Below the pieces are notes generated by a model, which was given only the letters and a program-made list of their open reading frames with translations, was not told the origin of the DNA and did no database searches. This document shows, one piece after another, positions 24,930-38,715 of a stretch of DNA of 64,000 bases (the first letter of the stretch is position 1; each line of letters opens with the position of its first letter). The position numbers and the translations under genes are program-made. This DNA comes from Nageia nagi (Eukaryota > Plantae > Pinophyta), in assembly GCA_050084985.1 (NCBI GenBank), contig JBITNC010000001.1:82956001-83020000 (forward strand). The letters are read 5' to 3'.

Positions 24930-26009
24930 TCCTCTTTTCATATTATTTAGTAAATCTCATAAATAAATGGATTTCAAATGTATCAAAATCTAACATTGAA
25001 TTAGGAGCTAAGACTTGGATGCAAATCCTTACATGTTCTACTAGGCTTTCATGAAATTGTCTCAAAGTAATTTCTCCATTTTCAACCTTAAAAAGATTCA
25101 TGGTCTCATAAACATATTACATATGCTCTTCAATAATTTCACCTAAGTATCCATGAAATTCATTTATTCTCTTATGGATTTTAAGAGGGAACTTTGTTTA
25201 AAATGCCAGGTTTCTAAAATTTAACACATAGTACCTAGAATCCAATTATTTATATATGAGACTTCCTCTCCTAGTATTTTATTATATATTTTTTCCTTTA
25301 ATTTCCCCTAATTATTCATCATTAATACATTAATCATTCACACATTTTAGGTTTGAATCAATGATCACTTTTGAAATATTATCTTTGTGTGAAAAATATT
25401 GTTCAATGATTACACTTCTAGGTTAGCTCATAACTTCTAGAGTAGATTTATTTTAATTTCCATTTTTAACATAATTTGTTGATAGAATATAATAACCAAA
25501 TGTTTGTGGGTCATGATACATGTCATAGGTTGGATAGTAATATGTTAAATTTTGCATTGGCTAACATAAGGTTGATTTATATAAGTAACAACTTTCTCAT
25601 TAGGGTTTTCTTTTAAACAAGGTAATACCCCACCTTCTTTATTAAGCCTTTTTTTTTCTTTAAGAGGTATACAATCCTTAACCTAAAACTTAAGAATGAA
25701 AGCCTCTTATACTTGGTAAAAAAGTTTTAAACTTATTGTAGGTAAGTTGTTAATCCATATTTTTACCTCTCCAACTAAAGAATCATAAAATAGTCTCATA
25801 ACCATATCCTCATCCTTTATCTCATAAAAATTAGCCATTTTTATGAAATCATCATAATGTTCTTGACATGATTGATCATATCCCCCTTAAAAATTTGGTA
25901 GACTATCTAGTATTTCATCTGGTATAAGCTTGATAAATACAAATTCATTAACGTTTAAAGCTTTATACATATCAACCATCCGTTTTCTAGAGCCCACTTT
26001 GTATACCAT
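24930..26009 (-). pseudogene. Ty3 gag remnant with two tandem capsid-like domains (element H)
   Basis: LPNF*GGYDQSCQEHYDDF..EDMVMRLFYDSLVGEVKIWINNLP (25680-25900) and KFHGYLGEIIEEH..ITLRQFHESLVEHVRI..LAPNSMLDFDTFE (24940-25165). Possible PBS/LTR start near 26310-26332. Confidence 0.7.
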
Positions 26010-26717
26010 AATAACAACATTTGAAAAATTCAACTCTATATATTCAAACTAAAATAATAACTAAATTAGTGACCAATACAAGAAAATTACCATGCTTCCT
26101 TATGTTATATCTTTTAATCCATGCAACAATAGTCTAAAATGCAAATTTTTCCACAAGAGAAATAAATTAAAGTTTCACCTTCTCTTGTATTTTTGTAGAA
26201 TTACTAGTACCAAAGATAGTATTATAATATTTTTTGAGTTCTTTCCTTAGTAGAGTGATTAATATATCATATATTTGCAATAGGGTATAGCTCTACAAGC
26301 TATCTCTCTCCATAGAAATGACATCAAAAACTATTTTGATAAAGATTAACACCCCTTTTAACAATGCTTTCAAATAAATGTCACTAAGTGCTAATCCTCG
26401 TAGGTATCAATAGGTATATATCTTTATCCATTTATAACCTCCATTTTAGGTAGTATAAATAATATGATAATGAAACTAGACCTATTGATCTATCAATCAG
26501 CTTGGGATTGTAACCCCTATTCGATCTCCATAGAATACAACATTTTAAGCTTTAAGATCATTAGTTTTTATTCAACCTAAAAGGGAAAGAATTATTTCTT
26601 AAAGAGAGAATGACTTGATACCTCTGACCAACATAAACCAAATAATATATTGATGCCTTATCCATTATATCACAAATTTTAACAAATATTAATAGAGAAT
26701 GAAGAATAACCAAAACA

Positions 26718-27863
26718 TACTATGAAATTCATGTACTAAACAATGTAGAAGAAATGGTCATTCACTATTTGATACTTATAATAATAAGTAAAGCACATAT
26801 AACAACATATCACATATGCTCAAATAAATATAACAAAGGAAATTACCTTGAAATATTATAACCAAACATCATAAAATATTACATAAAATCTTAATACAAC
26901 ATTCGATATCTTCTTTGATTACAATTGTAGTAGATTACCCAAATAATGTGATAACCTCTATAAAAAATACTTCTACATCACCTACACTACTTGAGAGCTG
27001 GGTGCAAGATGAACTTGATCATTCTTCTATTGAATATTTCCTCAAAGTCCATATGATATATGCTTTATAAATAGTGGAGAAAAATACAAGGAAAAAATTG
27101 AACAAACTCAGAAAAATCCTAGACTAGATACCAAACAATTTAGCTAGCTTGACATATTGGTAAAAGATCTAGATCATTGCTTACTCCTCCTTCATATAGA
27201 TATTGCTGAGAAAATAATGATGAATATAAAGAACTACTTTGATTCCATTTATTACATTGACAAGTTATCTTGAATTAGTTTGATTTTTTTTACTATGAAA
27301 TTCATGTACTGAACAATGTAGAAGAAATGGTCATTCACTATTTGATACTTATAATAATAAGTAAAGCACATATAACAACATATCACATATGCTCAAATAA
27401 ATATAACAAAGGAAATTGCCTTGAAATATTATAACCAAACATCATAAAATATTACATAAAATCTTAATACAACATTCGATATCTTCTTTGATTACAATTG
27501 TAGTAGATTACCCAAATAATGTGATAACCTCTATAAAAAATACTTCTACATCACCTACACTACTTGAGAGCTGGGTGCAAGATGAACTTGATCATTCTTC
27601 TATTGAATATTTCCTAAAAGTCCTTATGATATATGCTTTATAAATAGTGGAGAAAAATACAAGGAAAAAATTGAACAAACTCAGAAAAATCCTAGACTAG
27701 ATACCAAACAATTTAGCTAGCTTGACATATTGGTAAAAGATCTAGATCATTGGTTACTCCTCCTTCATATAGATATTGCTGAGAAAATAATGATGAATAT
27801 AAAGAACTACTTTGATTCCATTTATTACATTGACAAGTTATCTTGAATTAGTTTGATTTTTTT
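26718..27863. repeat. 573-bp tandem duplication, ~99% identical
   Basis: Units start at 26718 and 27291; five mismatches seen by eye. Confidence 0.95.
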
Positions 27864-28829
27864 TAAAGTAGTGGGAGTCGAGAAGATTAATCTGGGTAGA
27901 AACATATGTGATTTTTCTCAAATATCTCTTATTATTAGATGCCAATTATCATTCAAAATCATTCTTATTATAAATATACTACATGTATCAAATAATATGC
28001 ACTTTTATTAATAACTAACTTAATTACCCACTAATTTCATGTCTATCCTATATGAAAAGTATTTACCCAATGATTAACAATACCATCTAACATAAAGCAA
28101 CTTTACCTGACAAAAAAATAATGCTATTTGATAGAAACAAGTCTTACATGACAAATATTAATGTTATTAGATGGTAGAAAGACTTATAAAATAGTGTTGA
28201 ATTTTATCTGACATATATCAACCTTAATTGATGAGTTAAAGTCCTATTCGATGGCATGTATTCTTACCCAATAGCAAATGAACTTATCTAATAAAGATAA
28301 ACCTTATTTGATGAGTGTTAGTATTAATTGATGAGAGCTTAACCAACATCATTTACAAACTTCTAAGGATAAAATATTTCACCTTATTATTTGATCATTA
28401 ATGGGAAAAATATTTTTGGGTAAAGAAAACAAGATGAGTATGATCTTTTTTCATAAGGCTCATCTTATTAGCTTCCCTCTATACTTTGAGAATATCTACT
28501 TTATTTTATTTGTAACAAATAACTTTTAATTCTAAGTTTGATTGATTGATTTATGCATGAATTGAAGTACTTAATCTCTCAAAATTCTTACTTGATATAA
28601 AAAATCTTTTTCTAATATGAAAGGAGTGTATCCAATGATGTAACTACTTATCTAACCAATGAAACTTTTATCTAATACTTTTAACTCTTATTTGATACTT
28701 TAGAAACTATTCCATCCCATGATTGGATTATCTAACTTAATTTTACTTATTTGGATGCTCTAAAGTTTTTGTAGTATATAGCTAATATAAAAACCTTTTT
28801 GATGCTTCAAAAATAAGAAAAAATAGATC

Positions 28830-29830
28830 AATATTTTAAAAGATACAACTTTTTGAAGTTGACTGATTGGGTAAGCCTCTTCTACATAGGGTAAGCTATA
28901 TCTAACCACAAACATTTTAACTAGTATACTTTTGCTATCTGAAATACTTTGAAATTTATATAGTATATTATTTGCTTCAATCTTTACCCTTTTAAAAGAA
29001 TTAGGTTATACAGACTCATATTTTAGGAGATATTATGTTTTGAAGTTGACTATACAAAATAACTCTGAATCCCATTGAATAAGCATTATTTATATTAGGT
29101 AAGCATTTTTAGTAATCAATATATTGCTAAATAAATTGAAAATTGGAATACATATTCTTTACTAAATTATTAACCATTTATAAAAAGAATGAACTAATTT
29201 GAAATTATATTTTTGTAGATATATCTGTCTAAAGTTGAATATACAAAATAACATCTAAATCCCATGGGGTAAGCATCATTTGTGTCAGGTAATCATTTCT
29301 AGTGGGTTAAAATACAACAAAAGAGCTAAAAATTGGACCACATTATTTACTTCATATTTAACAATATACAAAGAGAATCATGTCAAATGGAGTTGTATTT
29401 TGGAAGATATGACCATCTAAAGTTGAATATGTAAACTAACAACTCAATCCTATCAAGTAAGTATCATCTCTGTTGGGTAAGAATTTTCAATGGGTTAAAC
29501 TACTCCAAATGAGCTAATAATTGAATCAGATATTCTTTAATTTATTATAAATCATTTGCAAAAAGAATCAGGTCAAATAAAGTTGTAGTCTAGGAGATAC
29601 AACATTTTGAATTTGATTGAATTAAGTTATATCATCTAATCCATGCAAAAGTTATCCAACCAAACTTATCAAAACTACTCCAAATTGATTGAAATTTATA
29701 TTAAACATTGTAAAGGCCAATACCAAACCATGGTACAAATTTAAGATCATTCTAGTTTATGAATTAAGAGATATAATCATTTAAAATTGATTGAATTTTA
29801 CATAAAAATCAACTTCAACCCTACTAAGTA
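28830..29830 (+). repeat. Degenerate ~188-bp tandem repeat (5-6 units), probably a retroelement 3'UTR
   Basis: AGATA..(G/A)AAGTTGA(C/A)T..GTAAGCAT motif recurring near 28840, 29025, 29215, 29400, 29595 and 29765. Confidence 0.7.
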
Positions 29831-30036
29831 AACTTTGATCTTGTTAAGAAAATCTAAGCTGATATAATAAACCATTTCTATATGAATTAATAGTTTAACC
29901 ATAATTATTTGATATCATCATACAGTTTCTTCATTCAATTTGATACTTAGGCTTACTCATTCTCTCCAAACATGAGTTGATCATTTATAACCAAGGGAAT
30001 AATCAAGTAATAACCTCTTATGACATACTTTTTCTT

Positions 30037-30830
30037 TGAAAAATTAGGGGGGGGGGGGGTATAGTTGGGTTCCAAAAGTCACATGGCTCAGGATAAAAAT
30101 TTATAGTACAATTATCATATTGGTTAGATCTATTCTTATTTTTTCTAGATTTGAATTCTTGTTTTATCTAGATTCAATATTAGTTTCATTTTAAATATAT
30201 AGCTTTTAGATTATTCAATCATTTATTTGATGAAGGTAAAATAAGATTTTCTTATCTTGCTCATTCATTACTTTTTGATGATCATATTATGATTTTAGTA
30301 TTCGTAATTCAAATTCATATGTAAGTCAACCTTAAACCACTAAAGATAATTTATTATACTTATCCTTGAAGGATGTATGATTATATTATGATAATTCTAA
30401 TAATATTATGATTATTCTAGTCCTTATGGTACTTGTATGAAGAATACCCATCATGGGGATTCCATGATAATTTTTCAAACCTTATAGTATCTAGGTAATA
30501 AAGAGTATTCTTCATGGAGATCCCATGATTATTATCTAAATATTATAATATTAAGTACTCAATTTTTCCATCCCTTTTATACTTGGTGCATTAAGTGCTC
30601 AATAGTTCTTTTGATTATTATAACCCTTTTTGTAGTTGGGGAAATAAGTACTTGATTATTCTTACAAATGATACATATTCTTTTGGAATATGGCTTATGA
30701 ATAATAGAGAATAAAGATATTTATTATCAATCCTTTAAGGGAGATATTTCCATATTTTACATTTTGATGGTTTTATATGTTAGCAAAATAACCTTGATAA
30801 TCTCTTGGTTAATAGAGCTTGTTGTTATCA
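30037..30830 (+). mobile_element. Probable PPT (GAAAAATTAG + G13 run) and following 3' LTR remnant
   Basis: Purine tract directly after the repeat array; LTR boundaries inferred, with no second copy in the window. Confidence 0.35.

Positions 30831-30833
<3 letters not shown>

Positions 30834-30924
<91 letters not shown>
30834..30924. repeat. (AC)~45 microsatellite
   Basis: Perfect dinucleotide run. Confidence 0.98.
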
Positions 30925-30927
<3 letters not shown>

Positions 30928-33601
30928 TTGGTTGAAATTCATTCCAAGCTTTAATATGATGATTACTATATGTATTTCATAGCACTAACCTTTTTTAAAA
31001 CTCATACTAAATATTATTATATACTTCAAAATAAATTTTATATGATGTTATCTTTGTGAAATTCATATGAAGCTTTATTATGTCAATTTTATCTTTGAGC
31101 TAATAATGATATATCATATATGATTCTTTGTATGAATATAGTTATTTTATGCCTATTGTAGGAATTCCTTGATGATCCTAAAGAGTAGGATATATTCTTA
31201 TTGATCCTCCTTGATAGGGAAAGCATATTCTTTTCCCTATTTGTTTCCATTTGGTGATGTCTTCATTACCAAAACCAAAAAGAGGGCTCAAGAAATCATT
31301 TATTACAAAAATATGGAACTCCAAGCTTAAATCACTATGTTGGTTAGTTAAAGGAGTATTATTTTCATTCTTTATCATTTCAATTGGATTATATAGTTAG
31401 TTCCACCATAACATACAAAAAGGAGGACATTTGTAAACACCTAAATTTGATTTTTGATTTATTAAAAATTATATTTTAGGTATCTAAAATAAATTATTGA
31501 TTAATGTACTTTATGAATAGATTTGAGAGATTATTGTATTTATTAGATTAATATAATTTGTTATCTCACTCCTTGATCTATTTTATGATGTGAGGTCCAA
31601 GGACCACTAACTGAGGTATCTTATCCAAGTAGGGAACTCAAATATATAAAGAAGAATATAATATTGAGATAACTATCAAATATTAATAGTCCATACTATA
31701 TACATTATGTAATTCTCATTATTGGATATGAACAATAGTTCTTACCACTATTTATAAATTTTGAATTTGTACCCTATTACTATTACCACCTTCATACCTT
31801 CAAATTCATAGCTAGATTAGGTCTTATTATAGGTGAATTTTGTAACTAATATCTAGTTTGGATCTTATTCCTTTGACTACATTGTGAGATATCACATTAT
31901 CTCTAATTTTCATATCATATAGATCTATACCATTCACATGAAGAATGATGGTTCAAAATTTAAAACAACAGCATTATTACCCTCTTCAAGCTATATTTAA
32001 CTTATGTTTTATAAAATAGGTAAGAATGAAATTTTTGTATATCTATTTTGAATTAGGATTTGATAGTGTTCAAGGTTTGATCTAGTAGGTAGGCTGCATT
32101 GTTAATTATTTTCAATTTTCTTTATGCCCTAGTTGTTATTTAATTATGTTATTATTTTTTATATTATATATTATTTTATTAATTTAAATATAATATTTTA
32201 TTTAAGTAAAATCAATTTCTAATATTTATAATTTTTATTGTAATTATAAATGAGAAGAATATATGATTCAAGATGAATGTACTTATGGCTTTATAACTAG
32301 TCAATACAAATCAACCATTCAATATTAGGGTTTATACTTAATTATTGTTATTAACCTTAATTTATATTCTATATAAAATCTTATATTCATCATTACAGTT
32401 TGCTAGTTTTATGCAATGCATTGAATCAATTTCCATGAAAAATGAAGATCTAGATATGGTTATCAAATTTCTAAAGGTGTTAATTATAAGATTTATATTT
32501 AGAATGGTACTATTTTGATAGATAATTCTCTAACTTTAATAACTATTAGATTCAATAACTTTGTAATAAAATAAATGATATACTTCAAATATTAATATAT
32601 TTATTACCTTTACGAATAATAATTTTACTAAGAAGATTAATGAGGACTCAGTAAAAAAAATTATAACATTAGCACAAATATTTGAATCAAGATTTATGAG
32701 GTGATCAAATCACTCCTAGGGAGATAGAGATACTTCTGCTTATATATTGATAATGGAAAATAAGTATTATTATATAGTCATTTAGGGCTTTTAACTATGT
32801 AACTCTTATGTAATATGAGATGCTTGAACCTATATCAATGAAATATAAAATAAATAAACTCCTTTACTTCGAAGAATAAAGATAAAAATATTTTAATATA
32901 TTTTGAATACACTAAGATATTATGTAAAGATAGTTTTCTAGGAAATAAATTATACCCCAATCTAGTTGATAATATGCTATCTAGTGTTCAAATAGGATAA
33001 AGATAAATAAAACCTAGAAAATAATTAAAAAATAACTCATTTTATAGTAGTCTACTTAAAATCATTTCATGTTAGGAGAACAACTCATATATGTTAATAG
33101 CCATTAATTATTGAACATTATCTCTTCTTTTCAATAGATAACATGTTAGAATATTTTCTTGGATTGTAGATAACTAAGTAAAATCTATATCATATGTATA
33201 TAAGACATTACTTTCTATGTATATACAAGAAAAAGAGAAAGTATAACATAAAAGAGGGCAATATAAATTTTAAAATTATGATTGTTTGATACGGCAAAGA
33301 TCTATGAAAAACATCTAAACTATGTTGATATGAAATATAACTATGTGTGTTAATATATGCTATTGATGAAATGTTAAAAATAATAAACAATAATATAGTT
33401 AAATTCAAATATTTGAATTTGGAAGAAAAATCATTAATATAATAACTCATTTATAAAAATCAAGCATATATCCAAGTTGATAGCAAAATCCATCTTGATA
33501 TCTAAATAAAAGATTACTTAATTGGAATGGATCATAATGAAAAGTAAATTAAATAAAATAATAAATCATTTATTTATGAATAAACAAGTACCCTATTCCT
33601 T

Positions 33602-34674
33602 CACTATTACCAAAAGGCTGATTTGCATCCTTTTTGGGTCTTCAAATATGAAAAAAGAAAATTGATATTAATTTGGGTTGTCCCATGTCGACAAGCATCG
33701 TTTTAATTTTTTTTTCACTTTTTTCAAGGTAAAAATTGATGTAAATTCTAATGCAAAATTTGCATTGCATTTTACTAATAGAAAATAAAATACATTTTAC
33801 CTATTCATAAATTGACCAATTGATGACTCATATTCATTTCATCCTCCATCCATACCAAAAGTGATTATTCAATACTCAAATACCCTCTCCTATCTATATA
33901 TTTCAACAAACCCTCCCTATAATCCCCGCATTTCATAAACTTTAGCTAATTTTTTTCCTTACATTTTAGGTTTTGATTGTAGCTATTGTGCCCAAAGCAA
34001 AGAAGAAGCCCATAGAGAATAAGCCCATAAAAAACAAGCTGCAGAGAAATTTGTAGTTTTAAAAAAGAAAACTCCTTCAAAGGCTGACAAAGATGCAAGC
34101 AACAATAACATTAAAAACCTTGTTGTATTATTTAGAAAAAATATATACAATAAATTTAAATTTTTAAAACATAAACACTAACCCCATTCTTGAATTGGTT
34201 TAATGGACCTATGTCATTTCCCTAAAGACCTAATAAAAATGATGTATCTTGAAGAGGTTGTAACTTTTGATTTGGATATCATTTTGAGTTCATTTTTTTA
34301 AAAATTGCATAGGATTAAAAGATATACAATTCTATGATATTTTCTTTTGAAAATTGATGCAAAAACTAATGCAAAATCTGACTCAAAATCCAATGCAAAA
34401 TTTAAAATTTAGACGTAAAAATAGATGCAAATTTTAAAATTTTGACATAAAAATCGATGCAAAAAGGATGTAAATTCTAAAAAAATTGATACAAAAACCA
34501 ATGTAAAATTTGCAATCCAATGCAAATTTTGCTGCAAAAATCCAATGCAATAAAGGATGCAAAAATTTCTATGTTGGTTGCATCGAAATTTATGTCAATT
34601 TTTGATGTTGAAGTTAAAAAAAAATATATATTTGAATGCAAAAAAGGATGCAAATTAGGATTTATTTAGTAGTG
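33602..34674. mobile_element. Non-autonomous CACTA element (1073 bp)
   Basis: CACTA...TAGTG ends, 3-bp TSD CTT/CTT, many subterminal (G/A)ATGCAAA / TTTGCAT repeats. Confidence 0.92.
33985..34110 (+). pseudogene. Captured histone H2B N-terminal fragment
   Basis: att gtg ccc aaa gca aag aag aag ccc ata gag aat aag ccc ata...gca gag aaa reads as decayed MAPKAEKKPAEKKPA(E)KKPAEK; TATA-like CTATATA near 33895. Confidence 0.7.
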
Positions 34675-35276
34675 CTTATATAATGAAAGAAGTAGCTTGA
34701 AAGTTTTCCTTCTTGCTACACTTAAATAATTCAAAAGCACTTTAGAATTTCTAGTAATTGAAAACTTTGATTATTTAGAGAGTTATTTGAGCATCATTTA
34801 TCTAAACCTTAAGAATATTTGAAGAATTAAAATTATATTTATGAATATATAACCAACTCTAATATCCATCTCTCTCTCACTCATTACAAACTAAATCCTC
34901 TAGAGTTTTAATATAAGTTTCATAATAGGAATACTTAAAAAAAAATCATCTAGAATAATGAGTGAAGTAGATGATATTGAATAGAAAAGAAGAACCAAAT
35001 ATTGTTTTTAATATTTGATAAAAGGATAAGAAGCTATACGTATCTAAAAGCATCTTATCAAAAGCACCATCTCATGAAAAAAGAGAATTCAATTCTTTAA
35101 AAAATTAAGTACTCATGATCCACATGAGTTTTATATAGCTAAAAGGTAAAGTATAGTTAAAGATATTGAAAAATCATACATTTAATATATATCAATGTTC
35201 ATATTTAGAAATCTCAAGTTATTTCAAATATGCATGATACTTGTATTAGAGATACTTTATTTTTTATTTTTCTAGG

Positions 35277-35930
35277 TAAATTTTAAGTTAGATTTTTTAG
35301 CTTACAATAACTTAAAACTATGCTATGGAAGATCATAAATAAGATTATTCAAGATATGCAAACTCTTAGTGTTTATCCTTATTGTGAAATTTTATAAACA
35401 TCTTTATAAAATGATTACTATTTAACCTCTTCAATATATGTGGATAAAAATTGAATATGATTATAGACATTTTTATCTTTTACTTTTGATTATTTTTAAT
35501 ATTGAAGTTAATATGTACTCTTTATGTTGATTCTAGTTATAAATATATAATTATGTCGATTAAACTTATTTCCCTTAATTGTTGTTTATGATTTATTTAG
35601 AGGTTGATAATTATCTAAGATTAAATTAACATTGAAGTATCTTTTGAGATAAATTAAACTCCAAAAGATCATTTCCATTTTTTGAGATAAATTTTAAGAT
35701 AATTTAGAATTTTTAACTTACAATAACTTAAAAGTATGCTATAGAAGAACATAATAAAACTATTGAAGAGGTCCAAACTCTTAAAAGTTTATCCTGCAAT
35801 TTAATAAACATCTTTAAGAAGAGGTTACTATTTGACCTCTTCAATATCTATGGATGGGATTTGAAGATGATTACGAATAGTATTTACCTTTTACTTTTGA
35901 TTGTTTTTAAATTGAAGTTAATATGATATT
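35277..35930. repeat. ~250-bp diverged direct repeat upstream of RPN8
   Basis: 35277-35530 vs 35686-35930 (CTTACAATAACTTAAAA..TATGCTAT..CCTCTTCAATAT..TTTTACTTTTGATT). Confidence 0.8.
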
Positions 35931-36433
35931 ATTGTTCATTTACAATCATTTATTACCATGACAGTTGCTTAATTGAGGTTATTAGTAACGGATAGTCATT
36001 TGCCTAACTAATTCAACATCCCCTCTTCTGCGAGGGGAATACTTCAACTCTTGTCTTTAAAACCGCTTTCGAGGGCTAGAACTTTATAGAACGATGGGAC
36101 TTTCAAAATTTAGTTACAGTCTTGGTGAGCACATAATTTCGTATGGGGCATTAAATCAGTAACAGTAATGATCTCCTAGGGTTAAATTCTATTTTATAAA
36201 ATGCAATAACTACTTCAACATAGTGGTTTCAATTTGAGTATCTTCTTTCAACTGCTTCTTGTAGAAATCTGTATAGGAATAGAAGTTATTCATGGAAGTT
36301 GTTTTCAAACAATAGAATGAACCGTTTTGTTTCACCCCAAGATATAAAGCTCATGAAACCAGATTTTAGTCTAAAAGAATATCAAAGCAACGGTCCACAT
36401 TCAAAGAGGCCCAAAAGCTTTTAAACACAGATA

Positions 36434-38715
36434 ATGGATGTCATAATGACACAACAGGCTACAACTGTGAGGCCCGCAGAAAAGGTGATAGTTCATCCAC
36501 TGGTGTTGTTGAGTGTGGTTGATCATTATAACAGGGTCGCCAGGGATTCTAACAGAAGAGCTGTGGGAGTTTTGCTAGGCACAAAAAAAAGGGCTACTTT
36601 CCATGTTACCAACAGCTATGCAGGTCTCCACTCTTTTAACACTATTGTTTTAAGTTCAATTTTCTTTTGGTTTTTTATGAGAATTCCTTGATTTGAATGA
36701 ATCTAATGTGAGGCTCTAAGGTTATGGTTTGCAGTTCCTTTTGAGGAGGATGACAAGAATCCAAGCATATGGTTTTTGGATAAAAATTTCCTGGAAGCAA
36801 TGTTTGACATGTTTAGCAGGGTCAATGGTAGAGTTACATAATTTTGTTTTTCTGCATGTAGGATGTTTTTTCTTTTTGTATAAAAGGTGTTTTGTGAATG
36901 TAGAATATTGTATAAAACAGACATGATATAATGGGTATGGATTTCAGCAAAGGAACGTGTGGTGGGATGGTATAGCACTGGCCCCAAGCTTAGGAAGAAT
37001 GACTTAGATGTCCATGAATCATTTTATGAGTATGTGCTATCAGTTCAGATCTCTTTATTTATATTTATTTATTTTTATTGCAGTAGTACCATGTATAGGA
37101 TCTGGAATTCTTGTAAATAAGTTTTATTAACTGCCTAATTGGGAAAATTTACTGATGTTAAAATAAAAATAGATTCCTCAATTATTTTCTAAATGGGTTT
37201 GCTTAGTTTGAGTTATTGAACAATCTATGTTGGTGTTCTGGAATTGATTTGTTGGATAATCTATCTTGGTGTTATAAGTTTGGTTATTGGTTTGTTGACT
37301 TTCTAGTTGATGTAGTTATCTGGCCAACCCACTGCTGGTGATTATTAATGTGGAACCAAATGAGAAAGTGATTCCCACAAAGGCCTATTATGCTGTTGAG
37401 GAAGTCAAAGAGGTTGTGGAATATCTTTTCAATTTCCAAAATGTTGGTGAGTAATTTTCACCAACTATCATGAGCACTTAGACTATTTTGTATTGGATTT
37501 GCCTTCAGATTGCAACACAGAAAAGCCAAAAAGTGTTTGTCCACCTGCCATCAGAGATTGCTGCTCATGAAGCTGAAGAAATAGGTATATTACTATTTCA
37601 TGTGTTTTTCGGAGGTGTGTTTGAACGGGAACAAGAATATAAGAAAATGTCCAAAGGATAGATTGAAGTGCAATTTCAAATAGTACCATATTATCAATTC
37701 AAGCTTTACATTTGTCTTGATTTTAACCTCTTACATATGCACAATTTCATCAACCTATTCTGAAAGACCTGTTTATGGGCAATCATGCTTTTTCCTATTG
37801 ACAATAGAAATTCTAAATAAATGGTATTCAAGCATTCTTTAATAGCATAATATAATTTGGCATTGCTTTGTTTTGAGACAGAACTTGCAACTTTTTTTTT
37901 GTAGGTGTAGAACATCTCCTAAGAGATGTCAAGGATACCACTATTAGTACCCTTTCAACAGAGGTCTTAATGTGGCTTTCAATTGGCTTGTTTTCTAAAT
38001 TTAGTGTCTTATTTAGTTATTAAGGCTTCTCTTTCACATCCTAAAATATCTATATTTGCGAAAATTAGGTGAGTGCAAAGTTGACATCCTTGGTTGGTCT
38101 GGAAGGTCGATTAAAAGAAATAAGAGGCTATTTGGATCTTGTTGTGGAAGGGAAACTCCCACTTAACAATGAAATATTATACAATCTGCAGGTACAAAAA
38201 ATTTACAAGGGCTACAATGGATCTAAAAGTAATGGCTCTTTTGGATGTTTCATTTTATCGTAGAGATTTAAATTTGTAATGCTTCATGAATTTGTTATAA
38301 TAATGATAAATTATAATTCTTTCAGGATGTACTCAATCTATTGCCAAACTTGAATACCAATGACTTAGGAAAGGCTTTAAAAGGTGTATTTCTATTTAGT
38401 ATTTACCATTGTCAACTGTATTAACTAACTGCATATTAAAGGCTTTTGTCCATAGATGAGTTTCTTTTCAAGTGTGAATTAATATCAATGAAGTGTTATA
38501 ATTAAATGCAGTGAAATCAAATGACATGATGCTAGTTATGTACCTGTCCTCTCTTGTTCGGAATGTCACTGCTCTGCATAATCTCATCAACAACAAGGTG
38601 ATGTAAAGAACCATGTTTTAGTTTTCTGGTATTTGATTTAACTCACGTTTCTATTTTGTTACCCAAAATCTTCATTTTCTTTCAGATAAAAAACAAGGAG
38701 GAGGAAAGTCTTTGA
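36434..38715 (+). CDS. RPN8: 26S proteasome non-ATPase regulatory subunit 7 (RPN8/PSMD7), divergent, 297 aa, 10 exons
   Basis: Exons 36434-36623, 36735-36827, 36948-37029, 37316-37412, 37509-37584, 37905-37963, 38069-38191, 38326-38383, 38512-38597, 38686-38715; all introns GT-AG; 894 nt open. Motifs [64 protein letters not shown]. Confidence 0.97.

Noticed and set aside
30764-30982. ORF with THTHTH run
   Set aside because: Translation of the (AC)n microsatellite.
31500-33500. Possible Ty1/copia pol relic
   Set aside because: Only faint motif hints (EP.S, YG..KQ-like); too decayed to support without an HMM search.
36405-36415. GGCCCA (TGGGC proteasome cis-element/site II) upstream of the RPN8 ATG
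   Set aside because: A single short match ~20 nt from the ATG; not distinguishable from chance.
36703-37915. Minus-strand and off-frame ORFs over RPN8
   Set aside because: Shadows of RPN8 exons and introns; no independent motifs.
36434-38715. Catalytic JAMM protein (RPN11/CSN5) or pseudogene
   Set aside because: Has WYSTGP rather than the HxH JAMM motif; the frame and all splice sites are intact.
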